A stretch of DNA of 64,000 nt from Candidatus Bathyarchaeota archaeon (lineage in GTDB: Archaea; Thermoproteota; Bathyarchaeia; Bathyarchaeales; Bathycorpusculaceae). The stretch is taken from NCBI GenBank assembly GCA_963806535.1, contig CAWDYC010000004.1:224001-288000 (forward strand), in the 5' to 3' direction. Under the pieces are notes generated by a model. It had not been told where the DNA came from, did not search any database, and saw only the letters and a list, made by a program, of their open reading frames with translations. How positions within the stretch are numbered: position 1 is the stretch's first letter; the number at the start of each line of letters is the position of its first letter. Below, in pieces: positions 51,330 to 62,325 of the stretch. The position numbers and the translations under genes were made by a program.

Positions 51330-51875
51330 GTGAACATAAATCTAATAAATAAAACAGACAAAAAACAATTTTCTCAGACAAAAAGAGTAGCGTTAACAGG
51401 AGTTATGGCAGCGTTAATTGCTGTTACAACTATTATTGCCATACCTTTGCCGCCCCCGCTCTCAACCATTAATCTCGCGCCTGTAATAATATTCGTAGTT
51501 TGCATTCTCCTTGGACCAATTTTTGGCTTAACCTCAACTGTTATCGGATGTGGCATTGGATACTTGGCTGGAACAAGCCTTGGGACAATAATTGTTCCCC
51601 CCGGATTTCTATACATATACTTGGTTGGTTTAGTCGTTGCCAGAGGTCCAATGGCTTTAGCTGTAGGTGCTTTAAGAAAGAAAAGTGAAATAACAGGGAT
51701 GGTTCTCGGCGTCATTATTGAAACGGCTATTTTCTTTAGCATCGATTTTGTCTTATTTGGGCTTGGATTCGCTGTGTTTGACTTGGGGACTCTTGTTGAT
51801 TTAGTCTTCGTACCGATAACGGTAGCAGTTCTCATTGCTGTAAGAAGAATTTTAGATACCAAGTATCTATCATAG
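51330..51875 (+). CDS. ECF transporter S component (thiamine or precursor)
   Basis: GTG at 51330; VALTGVMAALIAV..INLAPVIIF..LLGP pattern; directly after the TPP riboswitch. Confidence 0.85.
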   Translation: MNINLINKTDKKQFSQTKRVALTGVMAALIAVTTIIAIPLPPPLSTINLAPVIIFVVCILLGPIFGLTSTVIGCGIGYLAGTSLGTIIVPPGFLYIYLVGLVVARGPMALAVGALRKKSEITGMVLGVIIETAIFFSIDFVLFGLGFAVFDLGTLVDLVFVPITVAVLIAVRRILDTKYLS

Positions 51876-51885
51876 ATGACAAAAA

Positions 51886-52557
51886 ATGCTTGACAATATG
51901 GATTTTGAGCAGGAGCAAACGGCTAAGCATTATGAAGAGTACTATGAGACTAAATACAAAAGGGCCGACCAGCTCGAAAAGAAACTTTTAACACAACTTT
52001 TCTCTAAATTTTCGGACGTAAAAAACGTTTTAGAAGTTGGTTGTGGAACTGGTCACTTCACTAGGTGGATGGACTCTTTAGACTTAGAATCAATAGGTGT
52101 TGACAAGTCTAAGAGCATGCTCGAAGAAGCAAAAGGGCGCTGGTCTCAAGGAACCTTGTTACAGACCGAAGGAAGCCGCTTACCATTTAAAGATAAATCA
52201 TTTGACGTTGTTGCGTTTATCACTAGCTTGGAATTTATGCCAAATGCCACGTTGGCAATTAATGAAGCCGCAAGAGTCGGGAAAAGAGGCATTATCTTAG
52301 GTTTGATGAACAAAAACAGCACAAGCACTCTAAAAAAGAGAATTCAAGTGACAACAAAAAATAACTCATTTTATCAACAGGCAAAGTTTTATTCGATATC
52401 AGACATAAAGAATTTAATAGAAAAAACTCCTGGAAAGCTCGAGATCACATTTTGGGCATCGACAGTTTTTTCCAAACCTTTCAATAAGATGGAGTCATCA
52501 CGTTTTCCTTTTGGAGCATTTCTTGGAATAGCAATAAAATTAAGGGATAATTCATGA
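51886..52557 (+). CDS. Class I SAM-dependent methyltransferase
   Basis: VLEVGCGTGHF, LPFKDKSFD and TSLEF. Confidence 0.9.
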   Translation: MLDNMDFEQEQTAKHYEEYYETKYKRADQLEKKLLTQLFSKFSDVKNVLEVGCGTGHFTRWMDSLDLESIGVDKSKSMLEEAKGRWSQGTLLQTEGSRLPFKDKSFDVVAFITSLEFMPNATLAINEAARVGKRGIILGLMNKNSTSTLKKRIQVTTKNNSFYQQAKFYSISDIKNLIEKTPGKLEITFWASTVFSKPFNKMESSRFPFGAFLGIAIKLRDNS

Positions 52558-53606
52558 GTGATATTGGCAAGTTTACGTTCGATTTAATTGAAAAATTGGT
52601 TTACCCCAAACTAGGTGCTGAAAGAGTAGAAGTGCTTGTTGGTCCTGGTGCCGGTCGTGATAACGCAGTTATCCAGTTGAAAGGAGGTCAAGTGCTAGTT
52701 ACGACAGCTGATCCCCTTTCTGTGATTCCTGCTTTGGGGTTTAAGGACTCAGCGTACATATCGGTTCATCTGATTGCTTCGGATTTGGCTACTTGTGGCT
52801 TTGCCCCTCAGCTTTTTATGGTTAATCTCAATGTTCCACCTGAAATGAAAAATGAAGAGTTTGAAGAGTATTGGACAAGTGTAGATGAAGAATGCAGAAA
52901 GCTCGGGATAGCTATCGTGGGTGGGCACACGGGCAGGTATGCTGGTTCAGGATACACAGTTATAGGCGGAGGAGTTATGATGGCAGTTGTACCTGAAAAT
53001 CGGTACGTAGCAAGCACTATGGCTAAGCCTGGCGACTTGATAATGATGACCAAAGGTGTCGCTATAGCTACAACGGGAATACTTTCTAGGGGTTTTCCAC
53101 AAACTATTGAAAAATATTTTGGGTCTGCTTTTCTTAAAAAGACTAAGCGGTACCTTTACAGCTTCAGCGTGGTTGAAGATGCGTTAGTTGCAGCTTCGGT
53201 AGGCTTGAGGGATCAAGGGGTTACAGCTATGCATGATGTCACCGAAGGTGGGCTGTTAGGCGCTTTATATGAGTTTTCAGAGGCATCGAATACTGGTTTA
53301 GAGGTTGATATTTCAAAGGTTATTATTACTGATGAAGCGAAAGAAATCTGTCAGCTGTTCAAGATTTCCCCTTATAAGACTTTAAGCGAAGGTACTCTGC
53401 TTTTAACCGTGAAACCTGAAAAAGCTTCAGCTGTTCAGCAAGCGCTTGATTTGAAAGGTATTAAAAATGCCATAATTGGAAAAATGAATGACGTCGCGCA
53501 AGGCAAATGGATCAAGAACGAAGGTAAGCAAGAGCATTTAGAGAGACCAGAACCTGATCCTTATTGGACGGCATATTGGAAAGCAACTAGTGAGGGTTGG
53601 AAATGA
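52554..53606 (+). CDS. AIR synthase (PurM/ThiL/HypE fold) family protein
   Basis: GPGAGRDNAV, TADP, ASDLAT, VGGHTG and AMHDVTEGG. Confidence 0.88.
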   Translation: MSDIGKFTFDLIEKLVYPKLGAERVEVLVGPGAGRDNAVIQLKGGQVLVTTADPLSVIPALGFKDSAYISVHLIASDLATCGFAPQLFMVNLNVPPEMKNEEFEEYWTSVDEECRKLGIAIVGGHTGRYAGSGYTVIGGGVMMAVVPENRYVASTMAKPGDLIMMTKGVAIATTGILSRGFPQTIEKYFGSAFLKKTKRYLYSFSVVEDALVAASVGLRDQGVTAMHDVTEGGLLGALYEFSEASNTGLEVDISKVIITDEAKEICQLFKISPYKTLSEGTLLLTVKPEKASAVQQALDLKGIKNAIIGKMNDVAQGKWIKNEGKQEHLERPEPDPYWTAYWKATSEGWK

Positions 53607-54241
53607 CACATTTCCGTGGTCTTAAGGGATTGTACCTTGTTGTATCACCAATTTTACCTTTTGAGCAATTGTTGCTTGCCACGGAAAGGGCGCTTGATGG
53701 CGGCGTTGACATACTTCAGTTATCAACAAGCAAAGAAAACCAAGAGATCAACGCTTTAGCAAATGCGCTTGCAGATTTAGCGAAGAAGCATGATATCCCA
53801 TTTCTTGTCAACAATAATTTAGAATTGGCTGCCAAAGTCAAAGCTGACGGGGTGCACTTTGACACATATGACGTTTCCCCCAAAGAGGCAAGGCAGGTTA
53901 TTGGCAATGAAGGCATTGTTGGTTATACTGTAAACGTTGATTTAGAAAAAATTATGTGGGCTGAACAGGAAGATGCAGATTACGTTTCATTCTGTTCGAT
54001 CTTTAATCAATGCCCAGGTGGACCATGCCCGATTGTGCCCCTTGATGCAGTAAGAAATGCAAAAACCAAGGCCAATATTCCAGTATTTGCAGCAGGTGGA
54101 ATAAACATTGAAAACCTTTTTGCAGTTCTTGAGGCAGGCGTGGATGGCGTTGTGGTTACATCTGCTATTCTAAAATCTAAAGATCCTAAACAGATTGCAC
54201 AAAGCTTTAAACAAATCATTAACAGGTTCCTTGAAAAATAG
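53603..54241 (+). CDS. thiE: Thiamine-phosphate synthase
   Basis: LYLV, GGVDILQL, FLVNN, ADGVH, ADYV, PVFAAGGI and AGVDGVVVTSAI. Confidence 0.82.
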   Translation: MTHFRGLKGLYLVVSPILPFEQLLLATERALDGGVDILQLSTSKENQEINALANALADLAKKHDIPFLVNNNLELAAKVKADGVHFDTYDVSPKEARQVIGNEGIVGYTVNVDLEKIMWAEQEDADYVSFCSIFNQCPGGPCPIVPLDAVRNAKTKANIPVFAAGGINIENLFAVLEAGVDGVVVTSAILKSKDPKQIAQSFKQIINRFLEK

Positions 54242-54264
54242 TTAGCTTCTGCTTTGCCAGTGTT

Positions 54265-55145
54265 TTACTTCTTCAGTTCTGACAAGACGAAGCTTACTAT
54301 TTCTTCGGCTATGTTGACTTTTGCTACGACCTGCAAGCCTTTCCAACCAGGCTGACTGTTAACGTCAACTATGCGTGGTCCTTGCGGTCCCTCAAGGATG
54401 TCTACGCCCGCAACTTTTGCAGCCCACAGCTTTAGCGGATTTTATAGCTAATTCTTCGAATTCTTTGCTAATTGTTGCAGGCGCTGGTTTCGCTCCTCGG
54501 CTGTAGTTGGTTTTCCAGCCTTCCGCGACGCGGCGCATCGATGCAACTACTCGGTCGCCGATAACAAATGCGCGTATATCTGAGTGTCCGTGAGGTACAA
54601 ACTCCTGCATGTAGATGACGCCATGATGGAATGTTATGGCTTTGAAAACTGTGTCAGCAATGTCAGCGTCAACTACTCGAGTTGCGCCTTGTCCTCTGGA
54701 ACCGAAAATTGGTTTAACGACAACGTCTCCGCCAAGTTCGCTAAAGGCTTTGAGCGCTTCGTTTACGCTTTCCGTGGCTAATGTCCGTGGAACAGGAACG
54801 CCCACATCTTCAAGGAGCGCCAAAATATCATATTTGTCAACACAATGCTCAATGGCTGTTGGCGGGTTCACCATGTAGAAGCCTTGACGTTCAAGCTTGT
54901 AGAGCATGTCCATTCTGAAAACCAGTTCTTCAAGTGAACCGCGTCCAATCGGGCGGATAATGAGTGCGTCTAAATCGTCAAGGATGCTGGTGCCGTTAAC
55001 TTTGAAGTAGGGTTTGTACGCGAGTCTTGCGACAAGTTTTGGAAAAGTGAAACATTCGTAAGGTATGCCTCGTTTTGTTAATGCTTCCCGAACTTGTGTG
55101 CTGCTCCATGCTTCAGGGATTTCGCGTCATTATTCCAAATTTCAA
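54265..55145 (-). CDS. RimK/MptN-family ATP-grasp glutamate ligase, frameshifted
   Basis: DKY, VVVKPIFGSRGQG, YMQEFV, DIRAFVIG, WKTN and DVNSQPGW. Confidence 0.88.
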
Positions 55146-55253
55146 TGCAGATCTGTCCTTGCTAATGATGTAGTGAAGATGCTAAATGATTGTGCTCTTA
55201 AAGTTTCTGGGGAAAATGGAAAAATCAAGACTTTATTGCCAAAATAAAGAAAG

Positions 55254-55749
55254 CTAGTTTCTGAATTTATCCGAAAACAAAACTATTTTTTCTCTGTTTT
55301 TGCCTATCAAGTCGCCGATGAATGCTCCCAAAGCCAAACAGATTATCAGGCTTGTTATAGCAAAAAAGTCGATACCTATCGAACTTGCAATTTGCGAGTT
55401 AATCCCAATTGCATTAAAGGAAAGCACGATTGCTGCCCAAATGCCGAAGCCGATAACGGATGCTCCAACAAAAATGAATGTTGCTTTTTTGTTGTAGCTT
55501 GAAGGTTTAAACCCAAGAGAGAATGCAAAGCCTATCACCGCAAGAATGGTGCCCAATATCAATGCCTCTTTTTCGCAAAGAAATATTCATTAAAAATCCA
55601 TAGGCAAAAGTAAAAACCACCATAATTAACGTCAAGGCTATCCAGTACGTTTTGCTTTTCAAAAGGCTTACTGGTTTTGGCTGATCTTTAAACTTGGTTT
55701 TCTTCGGCTTCGTCTTTTTAGGCTGAGTCTTCGGATAAGTCTTAGGCAT
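55254..55749 (-). CDS. Membrane protein, frameshifted
   Basis: Lys-rich N-terminus and four TM segments over two ORFs. Confidence 0.6.
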
Positions 55750-55829
55750 GACTCATTTGACTAAATGTTTTGCTTAATTAGTTTTTCATAAATAACCTAT
55801 GAAGCTCTCGGGTCAAGTCGAGAAACATG

Positions 55830-57799
55830 CTACTTTATTCTTTCAAGCCGCAAAGAATTCAGCAAGAGCAGCATCGTGACTCCATCGTCACCTGCAATGA
55901 CGGTTGCCAGCAAACCTGTTACGCCGATTACTCCTAAAGCTCCTAAAATTAGTTTTATTACAAGTGATGCCGCAATGTTTTGTTTTGCAATATTCATTGT
56001 TTTATCGCTTAATTTTATGAGGTATGGAATTTGTGCCAGCTCATCTTTCACGAGCACTATGTCTGCTGATTCGAGGGCAACATCAACGCCCTGCTGCACC
56101 CATGGCTATACCAACATCTGAAGCGGCAAGTGCAGGAGCATCATTAACGCCGTCGCCCACCATTGCCACAAGCCCACCTTTGCCCTTCATTTCTTCAATG
56201 CATTTGAGTTTGTCTTCTGGAAACAGCTCCGCATAAACCTCATCAATCTTCAAAATATCCCCTGTCTCCTTGGCAATCTCTGTTCTGTCGCCAGTTAACA
56301 TAGCGGTTTTTATGCCAGTTTTTTTCAAGTCACTTACAGCTTTGAGTGCATCTTGCCTAACTTGGTCAACAACGCAAACTGCCGCAAACCCCTCTCTGCC
56401 AACAGAAACACAGACCGAAGTGTGAGTATCAGCTTCATCAATTGCGAAGGCTTCCGAACAATTACAATCGAACTGTTTCATTAACTCTAAATTTCCAACC
56501 GCGACAAAATCACCATTAACGTTACCTACGATGCCTTTTCCTGGAACCTCGGTGACATCAGTTATTTTGAACTTGCTTAGGTCAATGCCTCTTTCTGTGG
56601 CCCGTCGAACAATGGCTTGAGCAACAGGATGATTGGAAAACTGGTCAAGTGCAGCAGCATAAGCCAACGCTTCTTCTTCGGTTCTTTGCGTAAGCCTTAC
56701 TTCATGAACCGCGGGTCTGCCCATCGTTAAAGTGCCAGTTTTATCAAAAACTACTCGCTTTACCTTAGCTAATTTTTCAACGTAGATTCCGCCTTTAATT
56801 ATTACACCTCTTCTAGCTGCAATTGTTATTGCTACAAAAACTGTTGCGGGAACCGAAATGATGAAGGCGCTTGGGCAAGAAACCACAAGAAGAATAAGCG
56901 AACGGTACAGCCACGTATGGAAAGACATGCCAAAAACCAATGATGGCACGGCAGCGGTTAAAACGGCTAATATGATAATTATTGGCACATAGATTTTTGC
57001 GAATCGGTCTACAAGTTTTTCTATCGATGCCTTTCGTTTGCCCGATTGACCCAACAAGCACTATTATTCTTGAGACAAGAGTTTCACTGGCTCTTTTTGT
57101 GACAGTTATCTTTAGAGGACCACTCATGTTTAATGTGCCTGCATAAACGCAGTCGTTCAACTTTCTTAGTTACAGGCACTGATTCGCCGGTTACGACGGC
57201 TTGGTCAACATGTGAGAAACCATCAGCAACATTGCCGTCTAAAGGTATCCGCTCACCTGGACGGACAAGCAAAGTCATGTTCGGCTCAACTTGATTGACT
57301 CTTACAATTTTTTCCGTCTCCATCAGCGACGATTCTTGCTTGGTCGGGCATGAACTTAGACAGTTTCTCAACAGTTCGCCTTGCTCTATCCTCTATGTAG
57401 CCTTCAAAATATTCAGCAATCGAGTAAAGAAACAGTACTGTTGCCGCTTCAAATCGTGCATTAAGGTATAGGGCACCTAATGCTGCAGCAGCCATCAGAA
57501 ATTCAACAGAAAATCTTTTTTCAACAAATAGTTCTCGAAGACCCACTCACGCCAATGTATGCGGAAGCAGAGAGAACTGAAACATAATACAAAATTGTGG
57601 TTAACGTGGCTGGGACATTTATTATTGGCAGGTTAAAGCCAAGGGGGACTCCTGCAAAAAGGTAGTCAAGCAAACCACCTATCAGAACGGTTAAGCCAAG
57701 CAAAACTGCAAAGGAAATTATGACACGTTTACTTTCATGTTCCTCTGCTTCTTTCTGCTCTGGCTTTTCTACGCAGAATTTATCTTCTTCAGAAGTCAT
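55830..57799 (-). CDS. P1B-type heavy-metal ATPase (ZntA/CadA-like), multiple frameshifts
   Basis: TGES, SCPSA, FDKTGTLT, NHP, MLTGD and MVGDGVNDAPALA. Confidence 0.92.
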
Positions 57800-57873
57800 C
57801 GTTACCTAATAAAGAAAAATACTCGGCAAATATTAACTGTTCAGGTAACAGCCTCTGTTCACCATTGGTTGCA

Positions 57874-58508
57874 TTAGTAAAAACAAGGGATGTACTCTCT
57901 GACCCTGAAATTAACGCCTAACGCTTCGGCAACAGCCTGCGCTTTGGCTATATCCACTTCTGGCATCCGTACAACCGTCACTTCAACTTCAAGCACAGAT
58001 TTGGCTTTTTTTATGAAATCGATTGCTGCCTCATACGCATCAGCAAAAGTTGGTTTGCAAATCTCATTGTAAGTTTCTTTGTCGCCTGCGTTTAAGCTCA
58101 CGCTTACTTTGTCAACGCCAGCCGCCTTCAACTCCGCCGCCACATCCCTGCCTCGATTAAGCACGATAACCATGCCCATTTGTGTTCACCCTGATTTTCA
58201 GAGGTCTGCCATAATGCTGCCTTATCCACCGTGCAACCTCCAACAAGACATCCAACCTCTCAGTCGGCTCGCCGAAACCGCAAAAAACCACTTCATCCCA
58301 ATTCGCATATGCAAAACCTCGCTAAGCTCGGTGTAATTTGCGCAACGCTTGGCTCCTCTGATAGTTTAAGGTTGAAACCGCCCACGCCCTGCTTAAAATT
58401 TCTAAGACAGAAAAAGCAGCAGTTCGAACATCGATTGGTTATGTTTAGGTAGAGCTTGTTTTCCAGCCAGTAGACCGTTTTTGGCGTTTCATTTTTAGCC
58501 AGTTTCAT
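57874..58508 (-). CDS. TatD-associated radical SAM protein, frameshifted
   Basis: LYLNITNRCSNCCFFCLR CxxxCxxC; VSVSLNA; FRVREY. Confidence 0.85.
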
Positions 58509-58792
58509 CCGCCCGTCATTAGGGACATAAGAATAACGCTGTCGCCGTCTTTTAGTGGTGTGTTTACGCCTTTTAGTTGGTCCATGTGGATGCCGTTTAC
58601 CATGCTACGAAATTTGGTTTCATTTCTTTCTTGGTTGGGTCATAGACTTCCAAGGTAAGTGGTTTTCCATATTTAGCTGGCGATTTTATCTAGTAGGTCG
58701 ACTAGTGATGTATCTTCTTTGAGGTCGAATTCTTCTTGGCTTGTTTTTGTAAAACTTTTGACCAAGCTTATGTAATGTACTTTTATTTTCAT
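58505..58792 (-). CDS. MoaD/ThiS (SAMP-like) ubiquitin-fold protein, frameshifted, not in the ORF track
   Basis: MKIKVHY... and C-terminal VNG..TPLKDGDSVILMSLMTGG-stop; divergent from AOR. Confidence 0.8.
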
Positions 58793-59025
58793 TTTTTTGA
58801 CCTTACTAGCGACTTAGTAATATGAAATTGATTAAAGCATCTCATATCTTTTTTCCAGCGCAAATTCGAGATTTAGCAGGTGATTTATTTGAAAAACCGA
58901 TGTTATTCTTTATGCATTACGGCAGCAAAAAGCTTTATTTAAGCCATGAATTTCCAAAATACAAACCCATTAAGTTAATATACTTTTCAACTGCCTAATA
59001 GTAAAAATAATCGGAGGAACAAGGT

Positions 59026-60882
59026 TTGTTCGGTTACGCAGGTAGAGTTTTACACGTTGACTTAACTACAGGCAAAATTACTTTTGAAAAATTAGATGAG
59101 GAAACTGCCAAAAAATATATTGGCGGCATAGGCTTAGGAATGAAACTTTGGCTAGACAATTCAAAAGCAGGCGTTGACTCATTCAACCCAGAAAACCCAT
59201 TGGTTTTAACAGTCGGCCCAGTTTCTGCAACAATGTTTCCTACAGGCGGAAACGGCCACGCCTTTATATCAAAATCACCAGCAACTCACGGTGTCGGAGA
59301 AGCAGTAAGTCACGGCACTTTTGGAGCAGAAATGAAAAGAGCAGGATACGACGCGGTTATCCTGACTGGAAAAGCTGAGAAACCAGTTTATTTGTGGATT
59401 GATGATGATTCAGCTCAACTACTTGATGCCGAAAAAATCTGGGGTAAATCACCCTCTGAAACTGAAGACTCAATTAAAGATGAACTTGGTGATTATTACG
59501 TTCGGGTTGCATCCATTGGTTTGGCCGGAGAAAAACTATCAAAAATCGCCAGCATAATAAATGAGAAAACTCGTGCTGCCGGACGAACAGGTTTAGGCGC
59601 AGTGATGGGTTCAAAGAACCTTAAAGCCATCGCTGTCCGAGGAACCCATGATATCGTTGTTGCTAAACCAGACGAGTTCATGGAAATGGTCAAAGAATTT
59701 CATGAACGCATGAAAGGACCAGCAGCCCAGAAATACCGAACTTTAGGAACAGCAGAAAACATCATGATACAAAACGCTTTGTACTGCTTGCCGACCCGCA
59801 ATTATAATAATGCTCATTTTGAGAACGCTGAAAAAGTAAGCGGAGAAGCATTAAACGAAAGGTACATAGCAAAAATAATTGCTTGCAACTCATGCGCCAT
59901 GCGATGCGAGCATGAAGCAGTAGTTAGGGAAGGACCCTACAAGGGAACGATGGCGCGAATGGAATATGACAATATTTGGGCGCTTGGACCAAACTGTGGC
60001 GTAGATAAACTTGATGCCATAGTGAAAGCAGCTGAACTCTGCAACTACTACGGCTTAGACGCTACAAGTGCAGGCGTAACCGTAAGTTTCGTAATGGATT
60101 GCCACGAAAACGGGATCCTCACACATGAAGAGCTTGGCGGAATTGACGCTCACTTTGGAAACGCAGAAGCCCTCATTCAACTTTTGGAAAAGATAGGTAA
60201 ACGAGAAGGAATCGGCGACATGCTGGCTGACGGCGTAAAAGTAGCTGCAGAAAAAATCGGCAAAGGCTCAGAAAAGCTTGCCCAAAATATTAAGGGCTTA
60301 GAAGTTACAGGCTACGATTTGCGTTGTCTCAAAACAACTGCTTTAAGTTTTGCAGTTTCTTTCCGAGGCGCAGACCACAACCGAAGTGGCGCATACGCAT
60401 TAGACCTTTCAGGAAAAGTTGACCGTTTGAAAGCTGAAAAAGGACGCGGCAAACTCGTTAAAGATTCCGAAGATGTTTACGCGTTAATTGATTCACTTAT
60501 CATCTGCAAAAACGCTAAAGGCACACTATACAAAGAATTAGCTGATATGGCAAAACTGTACACGTTGGTAACTGGGATAGAGATGTCGCCTCAAGAATTC
60601 GGTGTAGCTGGCGAACGAATAAACAATCTTGCACGTTTAATCAACGTCCGCGAAGGATTAAGCCGCAAAGACGACACGTTGCCATGGAAAGTTATGAATC
60701 AACCCATCCCTGATGATGGACCCGCAAAAGGTGCAGTAGTAACTCAAGATGAACTTGACCTGTTACTTGACGATTATTACCAAGCACGCGGTTGGACAGC
60801 AGACGGTGTCCCAACAAAAGCCCTACTCAACAAGCTCGGTTTGGAAGATTTATCAAATATCGTCGAAGGAAAAGAGGATTAG
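59026..60882 (+). CDS. aor: Aldehyde:ferredoxin oxidoreductase (tungsten/molybdenum AOR family)
   Basis: GYAGRVLHVDL, AAGRTGLGAVMGSKNLKAI, CNSCAMRC, EYD and YYQARGW. Confidence 0.95.
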   Translation: MFGYAGRVLHVDLTTGKITFEKLDEETAKKYIGGIGLGMKLWLDNSKAGVDSFNPENPLVLTVGPVSATMFPTGGNGHAFISKSPATHGVGEAVSHGTFGAEMKRAGYDAVILTGKAEKPVYLWIDDDSAQLLDAEKIWGKSPSETEDSIKDELGDYYVRVASIGLAGEKLSKIASIINEKTRAAGRTGLGAVMGSKNLKAIAVRGTHDIVVAKPDEFMEMVKEFHERMKGPAAQKYRTLGTAENIMIQNALYCLPTRNYNNAHFENAEKVSGEALNERYIAKIIACNSCAMRCEHEAVVREGPYKGTMARMEYDNIWALGPNCGVDKLDAIVKAAELCNYYGLDATSAGVTVSFVMDCHENGILTHEELGGIDAHFGNAEALIQLLEKIGKREGIGDMLADGVKVAAEKIGKGSEKLAQNIKGLEVTGYDLRCLKTTALSFAVSFRGADHNRSGAYALDLSGKVDRLKAEKGRGKLVKDSEDVYALIDSLIICKNAKGTLYKELADMAKLYTLVTGIEMSPQEFGVAGERINNLARLINVREGLSRKDDTLPWKVMNQPIPDDGPAKGAVVTQDELDLLLDDYYQARGWTADGVPTKALLNKLGLEDLSNIVEGKED

Positions 60883-60884
60883 AA

Positions 60885-61389
60885 ATGGTAAAAGAACACG
60901 AAAGAAAATTCGTTTCTGTTGACCCAGAAAAATGCGTAGGATGCCAAGTCTGCGAGTACGCTTGCTCATTTACTAAAGAAAAAGCCTTCAACCCGCTCAA
61001 ATCACGCATTCGCGTTGTTCGCGTTAACCAAGTAGCTAACATGGCAGTTACATGCAGACTCTGCGAAGACCCAGCATGCGTAGCCGCTTGTCCACGAGAT
61101 GCACTTACACAATCAAAAGATACAGGCAACATTGTATTGGACAAAGACAAATGTAACGGCTGCGGCTGGTGCATCGAAGCCTGCGACTACGGAGCCATAA
61201 TGCTTCATCCAGAAACCAAAGTAGTCTACGTCTGCGACCTTATGCAAAGACAAAGCAGATGGACCACAATGCGTCAAATGGTGTCCTGAAGAAGCATTAA
61301 CATTGGTCACAAGCGACGTGCTGGCGCAGAAAGCAAGAATTAACGCAATCAAAAAGCTGCTCCAAGAACCAAAAGAAAACACGAAATAA
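60885..61389 (+). CDS. 4Fe-4S dicluster electron-transfer subunit, frameshifted
   Basis: CVGCQVCEYAC, CRLCEDPACVAACP and CNGCGWCIEAC. Confidence 0.92.
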
Positions 61390-61440
61390 AAAAAGCGCCA
61401 AGCCTTTTACATTTTTCTTTATTTTATACTTGCCATTTTG

Positions 61441-62196
61441 CTATTTGCTCAAGTGCTCTTCTTTCATGCTAACGCAAAAATTAGTAAAATTATACCTAAG
61501 ACAAGGACTGAGCAAAGACACAATTCGTTTGAACGATCTTTCAGGTATCTTTTTTAAAAGTAAATTGCCTGCAAAAGTGCCTATTATCACGGCTATTGAC
61601 GAAAAAATTAGGATAAGCAGAAATTGGCTTACCTGATTGTATTGCGTCAAGAAATAAACTGGCATTCTAACTGCATCAACAATTAATGCCGTCGCAGTAG
61701 CAGTTGCAATGAAAGCTTCCTTCTCAACATCAAAATTAAGCAGAGCAACCGCTCTTATGCCCCCTTGCTCCCCAACTAATCCACCGAAAAATCCAGAAGC
61801 AAGACCAACAACGGCTGCTCCTATCTTTCCAAAACGTAACCGCTCGGAAACTTGAATTACCCCGAGGATTCCAGCTAAGATCAGCATAACATAAAAAATA
61901 ATTTGCAGAAGATTGCTTACGAAAAAGACGTGAACGAGTGCTCCAGCTATTCCTCCCGCAGCGCTTAACAAGCCAAAGCGTATCAGTATTTTGCGGTTAA
62001 CTTTGGATTTCAGAAGCCAAAAACGTGAAGCTGAACCAAAGAAATGAGGCAACGAAACAAGTGCAATTGCGACTTTGGTTCCAGTTTGAATGCTTACTAG
62101 CGGTGTGAGAAAGCTTCCTATGCCAAATCCTGCCACGGACGCAGTCATGCCTGCAAAGAAACCTACGACAACAACTGCAACCAAAAATTCTAACAA
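61441..62196 (-). CDS. TauE/SafE (sulfite exporter) family membrane protein
   Basis: AGFGIGSFLTP and GLASGFFGGLVGEQGG. Confidence 0.85.
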   Translation of the reverse strand: MLEFLVAVVVVGFFAGMTASVAGFGIGSFLTPLVSIQTGTKVAIALVSLPHFFGSASRFWLLKSKVNRKILIRFGLLSAAGGIAGALVHVFFVSNLLQIIFYVMLILAGILGVIQVSERLRFGKIGAAVVGLASGFFGGLVGEQGGIRAVALLNFDVEKEAFIATATATALIVDAVRMPVYFLTQYNQVSQFLLILIFSSIAVIIGTFAGNLLLKKIPERSFKRIVSLLSPCLRYNFTNFCVSMKEEHLSK

Positions 62197-62325
62197 TAAA
62201 ATACCTAATTAAACAATTAATAATGCAGGTTAAAACTCTTTTCAAAGGTGCATTTCTGCAAAACCTATTAATACATTTAGAATTACGTTTAGGAAATATA
62301 ACTAACTCTTGCAAGGTGCCAGTAA

